64,000 bases of DNA from Candidatus Lustribacter sp. Its GTDB lineage: Bacteria > Vulcanimicrobiota > Vulcanimicrobiia > Vulcanimicrobiales > Vulcanimicrobiaceae. The stretch is taken from contig OZ255842.1 of NCBI GenBank assembly GCA_965277805.1, positions 128,001 through 192,000 of the forward strand, read 5' to 3'. The notes under the pieces are model-generated. The model did not search any database, had not been told where the DNA came from, and saw only the letters and a list, made by a program, of their open reading frames with translations. The position numbers were made by a program, and so were the translations under genes. Numbering within the stretch: the stretch's first letter is position 1; every line of letters begins with the position of its first letter. Positions 1 to 10,443 of this stretch are shown piece after piece.

Positions 1-303
1 ATCCGGTTCAAACTGCCCTACATCGCGATCATCGGCAACAACTCGTATATGAATCAGATCCGCTACGGACAGATTCAGAAGTACGGCCCCGAACGCGGCA
101 ACGTCGGCAATTATCTCGGCGACATCAATTTCGAGAAGTTCGCCGACATGCTGGACATTCACGGCGAAGCGGTACGCGATCCCAAAGAGATCGGGCCCGC
201 CTTGCGGCGCGCACGCGCTGCGGGGACCTGCGCGATCGTGAACGTCTGGCTCGATCCCAATGCGTACGCGCCGGGGACCGAAAATCAAACGATGTACAAG
301 TAG
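1..303 (+). CDS. ThDP-dependent enzyme, C-terminal part (oxalyl-CoA decarboxylase / 2-hydroxyacyl-CoA lyase-like), truncated by window start
   Basis: [15 protein letters not shown]...FEKFADML...[12 protein letters not shown]...AIVNV is a TPP-binding C-terminal pattern; lies directly upstream of frc. Confidence 0.8.
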   Translation: MRFKLPYIAIIGNNSYMNQIRYGQIQKYGPERGNVGNYLGDINFEKFADMLDIHGEAVRDPKEIGPALRRARAAGTCAIVNVWLDPNAYAPGTENQTMYK

Positions 304-319
304 AAAGAACCCTTACAAT

Positions 320-1570
320 ATGACGACGACCACAGCGGGTAAGGCCCTCGACGGCATCCGCATCCTTGACATGACCCACGTCCAGTCCGGCCCGTCGAGC
401 ACGCAACTGCTCGCATGGCTCGGCGCCGACGTGATCAAGGTCGAACTGCCCGGCCGCGGTGACATCACGCGCGAACAGCTGCAAGACATCCCCGGCGTCG
501 ACAGCTTGTACTTCACGATGCTCAACGGCAACAAGCGCAGCCTGACGCTCAACACGAAAACGCCGCAGGGCAAGATCATCTTCGAAGCGCTGATCAAGCA
601 TTGCGACGTGCTGGTGGAGAACTTCGGCCCCGGCGTGCTCGACCGGCAAGGGTTCACGTGGGAGAAGATCCAGGAACTGAACCCGCGCATGATCTATGCG
701 TCGATCAAGGGCTTCGGTCCGGGAAAATTCGAAGACGCGAAAGCCTACGAACCGATCGCGCAAGCGATGGGCGGTTCGATGAGCACGAACGGCTGGGAAG
801 ATGGGCCGCCGACCGTCACCGGCGTGCAGACCGGCGATTCGGGCACGGGCATCCACACCTGTGCCGCCGTGCTGGCCGCGCTCTACCAGCGCGATCAGCA
901 GACCGGTAAGGGCCAGCGCATCGTGTGCACGATGCAAGACTCGGTGCTCAACCTGTGCCGCGTGAAGATGCGCGATCAGCAGCGACTCGCGCACGGCCCG
1001 CTCGCGGAATATCCGAATAAGACGTTCAACGGCGTCGTGCCGCGCTCCGGAAACGCATCCGGCGGCGGACATCCCGGCGCGGCGCTCAAGTGCGCGCCGG
1101 GCGGCCCGAACGACTACGTGTATTTGATCTTGCAGCCCCAAATCTGGAAGCCGTTGTGCGAGGCAATGGGCCGGCCGGAACTCGTGACCGACCCGTCGTT
1201 CGCCACCGCGCAAGCGCGCCTGCCGATCATCGCGGAGGTGTTCGGGATCATCGAAGAGTGGACGAGAACGCAGACCAAATACGAAGTGCTCGATCGCTGC
1301 AACGCCATCGACGTTCCGTGCGGTCCGGTGCTCGACATGGCCGAATTACTGGCCGATGAATCGCTGCGCGCGCGCAACATGGTTGCGAAGGTCGAACATC
1401 CCAAGCGCGGCACGTACTACACGATCGGCAGCCCGCTCAACCTCTCCGACTCACCGGTCGAGTACAAGAGCGCCCCGCTGTTGGGCGAACACTGCGCCGA
1501 AGTGCTTGCCGAAGTGATGAACTACGACGCGGCGAAGGTCGAGGAGCTACGCACCGCCGGGGTGATCTAG
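320..1570 (+). CDS. frc: Formyl-CoA transferase (CoA-transferase family III)
   Basis: [78 protein letters not shown]. Confidence 0.93.
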   Translation: MTTTTAGKALDGIRILDMTHVQSGPSSTQLLAWLGADVIKVELPGRGDITREQLQDIPGVDSLYFTMLNGNKRSLTLNTKTPQGKIIFEALIKHCDVLVENFGPGVLDRQGFTWEKIQELNPRMIYASIKGFGPGKFEDAKAYEPIAQAMGGSMSTNGWEDGPPTVTGVQTGDSGTGIHTCAAVLAALYQRDQQTGKGQRIVCTMQDSVLNLCRVKMRDQQRLAHGPLAEYPNKTFNGVVPRSGNASGGGHPGAALKCAPGGPNDYVYLILQPQIWKPLCEAMGRPELVTDPSFATAQARLPIIAEVFGIIEEWTRTQTKYEVLDRCNAIDVPCGPVLDMAELLADESLRARNMVAKVEHPKRGTYYTIGSPLNLSDSPVEYKSAPLLGEHCAEVLAEVMNYDAAKVEELRTAGVI

Positions 1571-2509
1571 CAGCCACCGTTCGACGCCGGGATGTAACGG
1601 CACGTCCATCGGCGTCGGATCGGTCTCGACAAAGACCTGGCTCAGGCCGGCCGTTCCGTCCTCCCACGGCATCTCATCGCCGCGCGCAGCGAACGCCTCG
1701 CACACGTCGTAGGCCACCTGATCGGGCAGCGCCGCGCTCGCGTAGAGCGGCCAGCCGCTGAAGTCGATGCAGTCGTAGTCACGTTGCAATTTCGGAAAGC
1801 GCTGCTGCGTCAAGTCGGCCTTGCGCCAGCCGAGCGCGCCGATCTTCGCGAAGACGTCGGGTTCGATTTCGATCGGAACGAGCCCGGCTTCCAGCGAGGT
1901 GGGCAGCCACGTGCGGATCCCTTCGTCGAGCACGAGGTCGATCGTGCCGGCGCGCAGTTCTTCGAGGCGCCGTTTGTCGCCGGGTCCCCCGACGCGCTGA
2001 ATCGATCCGCCCCACGCTTCGATATCGGCCAGCGTCATGCCGTAGCATGCCAGCAACTGTTCGATCAGCACGAGCGTCGAGTGGGTGGGATCTTCGCGAA
2101 TCGAGATGCGCAGCGGATGTTTCGCCGCCTTGACGTCGGCGAGCGTGCGGAAGCCGAGCGTCGCGCGCACGGTGATGACGAAACGATCCAAGCTTGGATA
2201 CGCTCCGATGATCCGCACCGGCAATGGTTCGTGGAAGAGACCCGTGCCGCGATACGCTTGCGTGAGCATCGCCGACGGATTCACGAACGCCATCTCGACC
2301 TCGCCCCGGACGACCGCGTGCGCGAGAATCGCCGAGCCGGTCGCGAGCCGCAACGACGGCGTGAAGTGTTCGCCTGAACCGCTGCCGACCGCTATGCACA
2401 TGTCGCGGTTTCCGCCGTAAGGAATATCGGGCCGCGACGCAACGTGTAAGCCGAGTTCCCAGAGAATTTTGGCACGCTTGAAGTTAGCGCCGCGAGGCAA
2501 CGGTTCCAT
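1547..2509 (-). CDS. TAXI-like substrate-binding-fold protein with no signal peptide
   Basis: [14 protein letters not shown] and C-terminal [10 protein letters not shown] resemble TAXI receptors; ATG at 2509 follows the ALDH stop. Confidence 0.65.
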   Translation of the reverse strand: MEPLPRGANFKRAKILWELGLHVASRPDIPYGGNRDMCIAVGSGSGEHFTPSLRLATGSAILAHAVVRGEVEMAFVNPSAMLTQAYRGTGLFHEPLPVRIIGAYPSLDRFVITVRATLGFRTLADVKAAKHPLRISIREDPTHSTLVLIEQLLACYGMTLADIEAWGGSIQRVGGPGDKRRLEELRAGTIDLVLDEGIRTWLPTSLEAGLVPIEIEPDVFAKIGALGWRKADLTQQRFPKLQRDYDCIDFSGWPLYASAALPDQVAYDVCEAFAARGDEMPWEDGTAGLSQVFVETDPTPMDVPLHPGVERWLLDHPGGA

Positions 2510-2511
2510 GA

Positions 2512-3984
2512 CTAGCGCCGCAGGTTGACCCAGATGGTCTTCTTGTCGGTGTAATTGTCGATCGCGGCCGGTCCGAGATCGCGGCCCATGCCGGAGTCGC
2601 CGCCGAGGCCGCCCCATGGCAGGCGCGTGTCGCTCTGGCCGTAGGTGTTGATCCACACCGTGCCCGCGCGCAGCTTGCGAGCCATCGCGTGCGCGAGGCC
2701 GACGTCTTTCGTCCACACGCCCGCGGCAAGTGAGAACGGCGAGTCGTTGGAGATGCGCACCGCATCGTCTTCGTCTTTGAACTTGATGACGGCGGCGACG
2801 GGCCCGAAGATCTCTTCGCGCGCGATCTTCATCGAGTTGTCGACGTTGGTGAACACCGTCGGTTCCATGAAGTAGCCCTTCGTGCCGACGCGATCGCCGC
2901 CCGAGAGCAGCGTTGCCCCCTCACTTTTGCCCGAATCGATGTAGCCCATGATCGAGCTGAGCTGTTTCTGCGAGATGATCGGTCCCATATAGGTTTTCTC
3001 ATCGAGCGGATCGCCGACTTTCAACGTCTTCGAACGCGCGACGATCGCTTCGCAGAATTTGTCGTAGACCGCTTCCTGAACGAGCACGCGCGAACCGGCC
3101 GAACACACCTGGCCGCTGTTGAAGAAGATGCCGGCCGCGGCACCCTTCACCGCCGCGTCGATGTCGGCATCGTCGAAAATGATGTTCGGCGATTTGCCGC
3201 CGAGCTCGAGCGTAAGCCGCGTGATGTACGGCGCGGCGCCTTGCATGATCGTCTTGCCCACGCCGGGCGAGCCGGTGAAAGAGATCTTGTCGACGTCGGG
3301 ATTCGTCACGAGCGACATGCCGGCGCCGGTGCCCGGACCGGGCAGAATGTTGAGCACGCCCGGCGGGATGCCCGCTTCGAGCGCGAGCTCCCCCAGGAGC
3401 AGCGCGGTGAGCGGCGTTTCCGACGCCGGCTTCAGCACCACCGTGCAGCCGCACGCGAGCGCCGGCGCGATCTTCCACATCGAATTCATCAGCGGAAAAT
3501 TCCACGGCACGATCGCCGCGACGACGCCGACGGGGACACGTTCGATGTACGTCAACGCGTCGGGCCGTACCGGCACGACGTCGCCCATGATCTTGTCGGG
3601 CCAGCCGGCATAGTATTCGAGGCAGTCGACCATCGCCGGATAGTCTTGCCGGCGCACCGAGCTGATCGGTTTGCCGCCGTCGAGCGACTCGAGCGCGCTG
3701 ATCGCGTCTTCGTTCTTGCGCACCAGCGCCGCGAAGGCGAACATCAGCCGCGAGCGTTCGGACGCGCGCATCGTCCCCCAGGGTCCCTCGGCGAGCGCCT
3801 TGCGGGCCGCGACGACGGCCCGGTCGGCGTCGGCCTTGTCGGCCTTGGCAACGTTGGCGATGACCTCTTCGGTGGCCGGGTTACGGGTCTCGAACGTCTG
3901 GCCGGATGCGGCCTCGACCCACTGGCCGCCGATCAGCAGCTGGGTGGGCGGAATGCGTACCGGGGGCGGTGCGGTCATAGCCAT
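2512..3984 (-). CDS. NAD(P)-dependent aldehyde dehydrogenase
   Basis: IVPWNFP, KPASETP, FTGS, LELGGKSP, FFNSGQVCSAG, EEIFGPV. Confidence 0.95.
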   Translation of the reverse strand: MAMTAPPPVRIPPTQLLIGGQWVEAASGQTFETRNPATEEVIANVAKADKADADRAVVAARKALAEGPWGTMRASERSRLMFAFAALVRKNEDAISALESLDGGKPISSVRRQDYPAMVDCLEYYAGWPDKIMGDVVPVRPDALTYIERVPVGVVAAIVPWNFPLMNSMWKIAPALACGCTVVLKPASETPLTALLLGELALEAGIPPGVLNILPGPGTGAGMSLVTNPDVDKISFTGSPGVGKTIMQGAAPYITRLTLELGGKSPNIIFDDADIDAAVKGAAAGIFFNSGQVCSAGSRVLVQEAVYDKFCEAIVARSKTLKVGDPLDEKTYMGPIISQKQLSSIMGYIDSGKSEGATLLSGGDRVGTKGYFMEPTVFTNVDNSMKIAREEIFGPVAAVIKFKDEDDAVRISNDSPFSLAAGVWTKDVGLAHAMARKLRAGTVWINTYGQSDTRLPWGGLGGDSGMGRDLGPAAIDNYTDKKTIWVNLRR

Positions 3985-4070
3985 GCGCGGGCGCTTCGAC
4001 GCCTGCTCGGCCTTCCCCATTCGGCCGCGGCCCAAGGAACACGCTTCGCCGGTCGCGATGGTGATTGTCG

Positions 4071-4886
4071 ATGGACCATGCCGTCGTGACCGAAGCGATC
4101 GCCGCCGTCGCCGGCTTGGCCATCGGAATTCTCGGCACGCTGATCGGCGCCGGCGGCGGCTTTCTGATCGTGCCGTTGCTCGTGCTGCTCGAGCCGTCGT
4201 GGAGCACCGAGGAAGTCACCGCGTTTTCGCTCGCCGTCGTGACGGCGAATGCGACGATGGGCGCGTTGAGTTACTGGTGGCAGGGCCGCGTCGATCCGTT
4301 CACGTTTCCGCTCTACACGCTGGCGGCGGTACCGGGATCGATCGCCGGCGCGCTCGTTACCGCGTACATCCCGCGTGCGCTGTTCGATCCGATCTTCGGC
4401 GTGGTGCTGATCGGGATCGGCGTGTGGCTTTTCTTGAAGCCCGGCAGCAGCGACGCCGGCGCACAAACGGGCTACTTCGCACGCGTGCTGATCGATCGCA
4501 GCGGACACCGCTACGACTGGTCGTTCGATCCGCGCATCGGCTTCGCGGGCAGCGTGCTGGTCGGCTTCGCTTCGAGCGTGCTCGGCATCGGCGGCGGCAT
4601 CATTCACGTGCCGCTGCTCTCGACCGTACTCGGCTTCCCGGCCCACGTCGCCACCGCGACCTCGCACGCCGTCCTCGCCGTAACCGCCGGTCTCGCGACG
4701 ATCGTGCACATCATCCACGGTGACTACCGCACCACCTGGCCGCTCGTCCTCGCCGCGTCCGGCGGCGCAATCGCCGGTGCCCCCATCGGCGCGCGCCTCT
4801 CCGTCTACGTAAAAGGCGCCGTCATCCTCCGCATTCTAGCGACAGCGCTTGCATTCGTCGGTATACGGTTACTCATGAGCCACTGA
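4071..4886 (+). CDS. TauE/SafE family sulfite exporter
   Basis: Duplicated GAGGGFLIVP / GIGGGIIHVP motifs; multi-TM. Confidence 0.9.
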   Translation: MDHAVVTEAIAAVAGLAIGILGTLIGAGGGFLIVPLLVLLEPSWSTEEVTAFSLAVVTANATMGALSYWWQGRVDPFTFPLYTLAAVPGSIAGALVTAYIPRALFDPIFGVVLIGIGVWLFLKPGSSDAGAQTGYFARVLIDRSGHRYDWSFDPRIGFAGSVLVGFASSVLGIGGGIIHVPLLSTVLGFPAHVATATSHAVLAVTAGLATIVHIIHGDYRTTWPLVLAASGGAIAGAPIGARLSVYVKGAVILRILATALAFVGIRLLMSH

Positions 4887-4899
4887 TGGTAATTTGCTG

Positions 4900-4988
4900 A
4901 TGTCACCCGAGCGCGCAGGCGCGAGGAGTCTCGAGCCCGGCGGTCACTCGGCTTCGAAGCGCGTCCCTCGACAAGCTCGGGATGACAT
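4900..4988. repeat. REP-like inverted-repeat element (atgtca-cccgagc ... gctcgggatgacat)
   Basis: Terminal inverted repeats between convergent genes; same core at 21969-22074 and 46371-46395. Confidence 0.8.
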
Positions 4989-5015
4989 TGGGGGACGTGA
5001 TTCGCCGCAGCGAAC

Positions 5016-7046
5016 CTAGTGCGCGTCGGCGGTGTAGGCTTCGGGGAGGTTTTCCGGATCGAGCAAAACGGAGGTGTTGGGTTCGCCGGGTTTCAGGCGG
5101 GCGACGAGTTCGAAGTTGCGCAGCGGCAGCACTTTGCCTTTGACGAACACCGGCGTGAGCTCGTTGACGATGAAGTGGTCTTTCACTTCGTTGTACGTTG
5201 CCTCGCTGATGATCGTCTGGCCGCCTTTGGCGACGTTGTAAAGACGCGCGGCGGTGTTGACGTTGTCGCCGATCACGGTGTAGTTCAAGCGGTCGCTCGA
5301 ACCGAGGTTGCCCATGACGACCTCACCGGTGTTGAGCCCCATCCCGACCGTGAACAGCTGGCGCCCTTGCGCTTGCCATTCGGTCATCATCTCGAGGATG
5401 CGTTCTTGCTGGCGGAACGCGGCTTCGACGGCTTCGACCGCGTCGATCGTGCCCGGCCGCGGATCGGGCGCGGAGAACACGGCCATCAAGCAGTCGCCGA
5501 TGAATTTGTCGACATAGCCGCCGTGCTCGAAGACGATGCGGCACATCTCTTCGAAGTATTCGTTGAGCTGACCGTAGATTTGTTCCGGCGTCATCTTTTC
5601 CGACATCGCGGTGAAGCCGCGAATATCGGAGTAGAAGATCGTCACCTTGGCGCGCTTGCCTGAAAGATCGAGCGCTTTGAGCGGATCGTCGTGGGAGAGC
5701 ATGCGCGTTACCAGCGCCGGACTGACGTGCTTGCCGAACATCTCGGTGATGACGCGCTTGTCGGCGCCTTCCGTGATCGTCCGGTAGAGTGCGACGAAGA
5801 GCGCGGAGAGAATGATCGCGCCGTCGACGTGGACGAGGTCGATCCAGTGCAGCGTGTAGGCGTAGAAGCCGACCGCAAAGACGGTGTACACGAACGCCAC
5901 GCCGACGGCGAGCGCAACGCCGAGCGTCGCTTTCAGCTGCGTGACGAGGAAGCCGATCACGAAGGCCAGCACGATGATTAGCGTGACGTCGATCCACGGC
6001 TGCACGCGGTGGATGAAGCGGTGGCTCATCAACTGGTCCATCAAGCGAACGTTCGAAAATACCCCGGGATAACGGCCGTTGGGCGTGAGGATGAAGTCGC
6101 CAGCGGCCTGCGCGGTGTATCCGACGACGATCACTTCGTTTTGCGCGAACGCCTTCATCGTGTCCGGATCGAACTTGAGTGCGTCGACCATCGACACTTC
6201 TTGGATGGCCGGCATCGAGAGATCGGCGGTACCGGCACGGCTGGCGAGGCCGTTCGTCTCGCCCTGATCGACGTGTTCGGAAACGTTGAACGGCAGCATC
6301 AGCAGTTTGCCGTTGCCGTCGAGCGGAACGACGGTGTTGCCGAGCCGACCGTGCCAATCGTCGATCGATCCATAGGTCACGCCCATCCAATAGCTCGCGG
6401 TTTCGAGCGCGAGCGTCGGATACACCGTTACCTTCCCGGTCTGCTGGTTGGTCGACGTGATCAGGTATGGTTGACCGACCAGCCAGCCGCCGGGATTGTC
6501 GACCGTCGTCGAACCGACGTGCACCAGCTTCTCGATGTCCGGCGGCGGCTGTTCGAACGACATGATGCCGCCTTGCGTGACGTCGACCGTCATGCCGAGC
6601 ACCGTTGCCTGTTTGCGCAAACCGTCTTCGAACGACGCGTCGACGCTCGGGTCGTGCGAGTGCTCGAAGAACTCGATATCGAAGGCGACGATCTTGGCGC
6701 CGCCCTTGGCGAGCTTGCGCAGCAGATCGCCGATCGCCGTGCGCGCAACCGGGTAGCCGAGGCCTTTGGGCGGATCTTGAAGCGAGGCCTCATCGATCGC
6801 GACGAGACGAATGTTGTCGTTGGGCGGGTCGGTGTCGGGCAGGTGCAACAGCTTGACGAGCCAGGCCTGACCCCGAACGCCGAAGAGCGCGTCGTTGACG
6901 GCGACGAAGTCGCCGACAGTGCTGACCGATGCCAGCGTAGGTGGGGCGAAGTAGAGACCGACGCCGACCGCGGCCGCGATCGCCGACAACAGCATCGCGG
7001 TGCCGATGATCTTGAGGCGGCGAACCTTGATGACCGGGAACTTCAT
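5016..7046 (-). CDS. CHASE2-domain class III adenylate/guanylate cyclase
   Basis: IRLVAIDEASL, IVAFDIEF (CHASE2), three TM helices, FYSDIRGFT, VDKFIGD, YTVIGDNVNTAARL, VKGK. Confidence 0.93.
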   Translation of the reverse strand: MKFPVIKVRRLKIIGTAMLLSAIAAAVGVGLYFAPPTLASVSTVGDFVAVNDALFGVRGQAWLVKLLHLPDTDPPNDNIRLVAIDEASLQDPPKGLGYPVARTAIGDLLRKLAKGGAKIVAFDIEFFEHSHDPSVDASFEDGLRKQATVLGMTVDVTQGGIMSFEQPPPDIEKLVHVGSTTVDNPGGWLVGQPYLITSTNQQTGKVTVYPTLALETASYWMGVTYGSIDDWHGRLGNTVVPLDGNGKLLMLPFNVSEHVDQGETNGLASRAGTADLSMPAIQEVSMVDALKFDPDTMKAFAQNEVIVVGYTAQAAGDFILTPNGRYPGVFSNVRLMDQLMSHRFIHRVQPWIDVTLIIVLAFVIGFLVTQLKATLGVALAVGVAFVYTVFAVGFYAYTLHWIDLVHVDGAIILSALFVALYRTITEGADKRVITEMFGKHVSPALVTRMLSHDDPLKALDLSGKRAKVTIFYSDIRGFTAMSEKMTPEQIYGQLNEYFEEMCRIVFEHGGYVDKFIGDCLMAVFSAPDPRPGTIDAVEAVEAAFRQQERILEMMTEWQAQGRQLFTVGMGLNTGEVVMGNLGSSDRLNYTVIGDNVNTAARLYNVAKGGQTIISEATYNEVKDHFIVNELTPVFVKGKVLPLRNFELVARLKPGEPNTSVLLDPENLPEAYTADAH

Positions 7047-7067
7047 CTCTACCCCCCGTGCGCGGCG

Positions 7068-7631
7068 CTAGCTCTGCACGCGGCCGATATACCTGCGGTC
7101 GCGCGTGTCGATCCGGATCATGTCACCCGGATTGACGAAGAGGGGCACCTGTACGGTAGCCCCGGTCTCCAGCTTCGCCGGTTTCGTCGTCCCGGTCGCA
7201 GTATCACCCTTGAAGCCCGGGTCGGTTTCCTCGACCTTGAGCTCGACGTGCGCGGCGAGATCGACGCCGATCGGCACGCCGTCGTGAAACTGGACGGCCA
7301 CCCGCATCCCGTCTTTGAGGAAGTCGGCCGGGTCGCCGATCAGCTCGCGCTGCAGGGTGAAGTTCTCGTAGCTCTCGGTATCCATGAAATGGTAGCCGTC
7401 GGCATCGTTATAGAGCATCTGCATGTCGCGGTTGTCGACGGTCGCGCGCTCCAGCTTTTCACCGGCGCGGAACGTGCGCTCGACCGTGGCGCCGGTCTTC
7501 ACGTTCTTGAGGCGCGTCCGCACGAAGGCAGACCCCTTGCCGGGCTTCACGTGGAGGAACTCGATCACGGTCCATAAGTGACCGTCGATCACGATCGTGA
7601 CGCCGTTCCGAAAATCGTTCGAGGAAATCAT
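7068..7631 (-). CDS. efp: Elongation factor P
   Basis: HVKPGKGSAFVRT, ETDPGFKGDT, KPAKLETG, VPLFV. Confidence 0.98.
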   Translation of the reverse strand: MISSNDFRNGVTIVIDGHLWTVIEFLHVKPGKGSAFVRTRLKNVKTGATVERTFRAGEKLERATVDNRDMQMLYNDADGYHFMDTESYENFTLQRELIGDPADFLKDGMRVAVQFHDGVPIGVDLAAHVELKVEETDPGFKGDTATGTTKPAKLETGATVQVPLFVNPGDMIRIDTRDRRYIGRVQS

Positions 7632-7674
7632 GTCCGGGCCGAGTTAGCTCACCCGGGTGGCCTGCCCTTGACGC

Positions 7675-8283
7675 CTAGGCGGACTTCTTCGGGCGGAAGA
7701 GGGGGAGCACGCTTTCGGTCCCGGCGCGCAGCCGGGCGATGTTGGCGCGGTGCATGAACACGATCAGTAGGGCCGAGGCCAGGCCGTAGATCCCGGCCGC
7801 GGGACCGGCCAACCACCACAGGGCGGGCGCCATCGCGATGCTGGCCAGGAGCGAGCCGGCCGACGAGAACCCGGTGGCCAGGACGACGGCGAGCCAAATG
7901 ACGGCGAAGATGCCGCCGGCCGGCCAGGCAATCGCGAGCACCGCGCCGAGGTTCGTGGCCACGCCTTTGCCGCCGCGGAAGTTGAGGAAGGGCGAGAAAC
8001 AATGGCCGAGGATCGCTGCGAACGCCGCCGTCAGCGCGAGCGTCTCGCTGCCGAGCGCGCGGCCCGCGATCACCGGCAGCGCGCCCTTGAGCGCATCCAG
8101 CACCAGTACCGCGATCGCACCGCCTTTGCCGAGCGAACGCAACGCGTTCGCGGCGCCGATGTTGCCGCTGCCTTCGGCGCGCAGATCGCGCCGGAAGAAC
8201 AACCGCGAGACGACGAGCCCGAACGGGATCGCGCCGAGGAAGAACGATGCGACGACGAGCGCCGCATCGAGGGCGATCGTCAC
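7675..8283 (-). CDS. plsY: Glycerol-3-phosphate acyltransferase
   Basis: GSGNIGAAN, DALKG, GHCFSPF..FRGGKGVAT, HRANIARL. Confidence 0.96.
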   Translation of the reverse strand: MTIALDAALVVASFFLGAIPFGLVVSRLFFRRDLRAEGSGNIGAANALRSLGKGGAIAVLVLDALKGALPVIAGRALGSETLALTAAFAAILGHCFSPFLNFRGGKGVATNLGAVLAIAWPAGGIFAVIWLAVVLATGFSSAGSLLASIAMAPALWWLAGPAAGIYGLASALLIVFMHRANIARLRAGTESVLPLFRPKKSA

Positions 8284-9683
8284 CTGCGCGCTTCGTCGCG
8301 CGGACGTTCGCGAAAGTCGAGCGTCAGCGGCACGCCTTGGAAATCGAAGTTCGAGCGGATCACGTTTTCGATGAAACGTTTGTACGACGGCTGAATCAGC
8401 TTCGGATCGTTACAGGAGAAGATGAACAGCGGCGGATGCGTCGAGACCTGCGCGCAGTAGTAGATTTTGAGGAACTTGTCGCCCGAGATCGGCGGCGGAT
8501 GCGCGATGACCGCATCTTGCACGACCGCGTTGAGTTTCGACGTCGGAATCCGGCGGTCGAGGTTCTCGGCGACTTGGTTCACGACCGGCATCAAACTGCC
8601 GAGCCGGCGTTTGGTGAGTGCCGAGAGAAACGTGACCGGCGCGAACGATGCGAACGGCAGTTGCTCGTGAATGCCTTCGGTGAGCTCGTTTTGGCTGAAT
8701 TCGCCCAGCTCGCGCACGAGATCGTACTTGTTGCCGACGATCACGAGGCCTTTCTTCTCCTCGAGCGCGATGCCGGCCAAACGCCGGTCGGCGTTCTGCG
8801 GGCCCTTCATCGCATCGACGAGCAAGATCACGATGTCGCAGCGTGAGATCGCGCGCAGCGAACGCAGCGAACTGTAGTACTCGATCGCGCCGTGTTTGTT
8901 CGCGCGTTTGGCTACGCCGGCGGTATCGATCAAGCGTAGCGTGCGATTGCCGTACGGCAAGAGCGTGTCGATCGAGTCGCGCGTGGTGCCAGGGATGTCG
9001 GAAACGATCGTGCGCTCTTCGCCGAGGATCGCGTTGAGCAGCGATGACTTGCCCACGTTCGGCTGGCCGATCAGCGCGAGCGCGAGTTCCGACCCCGGCT
9101 CTTCGGCGTCGCTCTCGGGCGGCAGACGTTCGACGATCGCATCGAGCAAGTCGCCCGTGCCTTCACCGTGAATTGCCGACACCGGAAACGGCTCGCCGAA
9201 ACCGAGCCGCGAAAACTCGCCGTGCACGCTGGCCAGCGCGTTCGGCGATTCGGTTTTGTTGGCGACCAGCAGCACCGGGTGATGCGTGCGGCGCAGAATG
9301 CCGGCAACGTCGATGTCGACCGGGTTGAGGCCCTCCATCGCATCGACGACGAAGACGATCACGTCGGCATCGCGGGCCGCGTTCTCGGCTTGCTCGCGCG
9401 TGCCGAACGCGATCGCGTCGTTGGGATCCACGTCGAACTCGATGCCGCCCGTGTCGACGCAGGTAAAGGTGCGGCCGCGCCAGTCGGCCAGCGCGTAGAG
9501 CCGATCACGCGTGACGCCGGGCGTGTCCTCGACGATGGCGAGCCGTTGCCCGATCAGGCGGTTGAAGAGCGCGCTCTTGCCCACGTTGGGGCGACCGACG
9601 ATTGCGACGGTGGCGGGACGGAAGCGCAGATGGGGTATGTCGGCATGCGCGATCTCGGCGCCGTCGAATGGGAGTTCGGTCAT
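8280..9683 (-). CDS. der: Ribosome biogenesis GTPase Der
   Basis: Two G domains ([24 protein letters not shown]) plus KH-like tail; start at 9683 inferred. Confidence 0.97.
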   Translation of the reverse strand: MTELPFDGAEIAHADIPHLRFRPATVAIVGRPNVGKSALFNRLIGQRLAIVEDTPGVTRDRLYALADWRGRTFTCVDTGGIEFDVDPNDAIAFGTREQAENAARDADVIVFVVDAMEGLNPVDIDVAGILRRTHHPVLLVANKTESPNALASVHGEFSRLGFGEPFPVSAIHGEGTGDLLDAIVERLPPESDAEEPGSELALALIGQPNVGKSSLLNAILGEERTIVSDIPGTTRDSIDTLLPYGNRTLRLIDTAGVAKRANKHGAIEYYSSLRSLRAISRCDIVILLVDAMKGPQNADRRLAGIALEEKKGLVIVGNKYDLVRELGEFSQNELTEGIHEQLPFASFAPVTFLSALTKRRLGSLMPVVNQVAENLDRRIPTSKLNAVVQDAVIAHPPPISGDKFLKIYYCAQVSTHPPLFIFSCNDPKLIQPSYKRFIENVIRSNFDFQGVPLTLDFRERPRDEARR

Positions 9684-10443
9684 GGGCAGTTGGTCGTTTC
9701 GCGCGCTGGCGGCGAATCTTGCCGTTTCGGCGTTCGCCGCGGTCGCTCTCCTGGGCGCCGCGCCGACCGGAGCAATTTTCGTCACAACCCTACCAAGCGG
9801 CGCCGACGTCTGGCTGGACGGCACGTATATGGGCCGTTCGCCGGTCGTGGTGGACGCGTTGGCCGTCGGCGCGCACCATGTGACGCTCACGCGCACCGGC
9901 TGGACCCCCGAAGAGCTGGCGGTGGCGATCGCGCCGGCGCAGACGCAGACGACCTCGGTCGTCTTGGTTCGCGACGGAACGAGTACGAGCGAGGGCAGCG
10001 GCTCGATCGCCATTCACTCGCCCGACAAGCTTGGCAGCGTGACGATCGACGGCCAGCCGGCGCCCGCCGCCAAGGACGGGGCGATCCCGGTGAGCGCCGG
10101 CACACACGACGTCACGATCGCCGCGGCGCAGGGCAAGCAGACGCGAACCGTAACCGTGTATCCGCAGACGCGAACCGACGTCGTGCTGGGTACGGACGCC
10201 GCGCCCCGTGCGATCGTGATCGCGCCGGCCGACGATTATCTTCCGGCGAGCGCTTTTCACCTCGACGGCACGCGTCTGGGCGTGCACTACGGCGGACATG
10301 ACGTCGTCGCGCACCTCGGCACCACTACCTACACGATCGATGGACACACCACGGCGTACGACGCGCCGCCGACGCTGATCCGCAACCGCGTGTACCTGCC
10401 TTTGGAACTCCTCACGATGCTTACGCTCCGCGACAAGAAATAA
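9682..10443 (+). CDS. Secreted PEGA-domain protein with copper-amine-oxidase N-terminal (stalk)-like C-terminus
   Basis: Signal-like N-terminus, VTTLPSGADVWLDG..MGRSP, GAHHVTLTRTG, C-terminal APPTLIRNRVYLPL; TAATG coupling to miaB; start uncertain. Confidence 0.8.
   Translation: MGSWSFRALAANLAVSAFAAVALLGAAPTGAIFVTTLPSGADVWLDGTYMGRSPVVVDALAVGAHHVTLTRTGWTPEELAVAIAPAQTQTTSVVLVRDGTSTSEGSGSIAIHSPDKLGSVTIDGQPAPAAKDGAIPVSAGTHDVTIAAAQGKQTRTVTVYPQTRTDVVLGTDAAPRAIVIAPADDYLPASAFHLDGTRLGVHYGGHDVVAHLGTTTYTIDGHTTAYDAPPTLIRNRVYLPLELLTMLTLRDKK

Noticed and set aside
125..1213. Long antisense and alternate-frame ORFs here and throughout (e.g. 6009-7577, 26821-28497, 30159-31778, 43027-44646)
   Set aside because: High-GC shadows of well-supported genes; Arg/Ala-rich with no motifs
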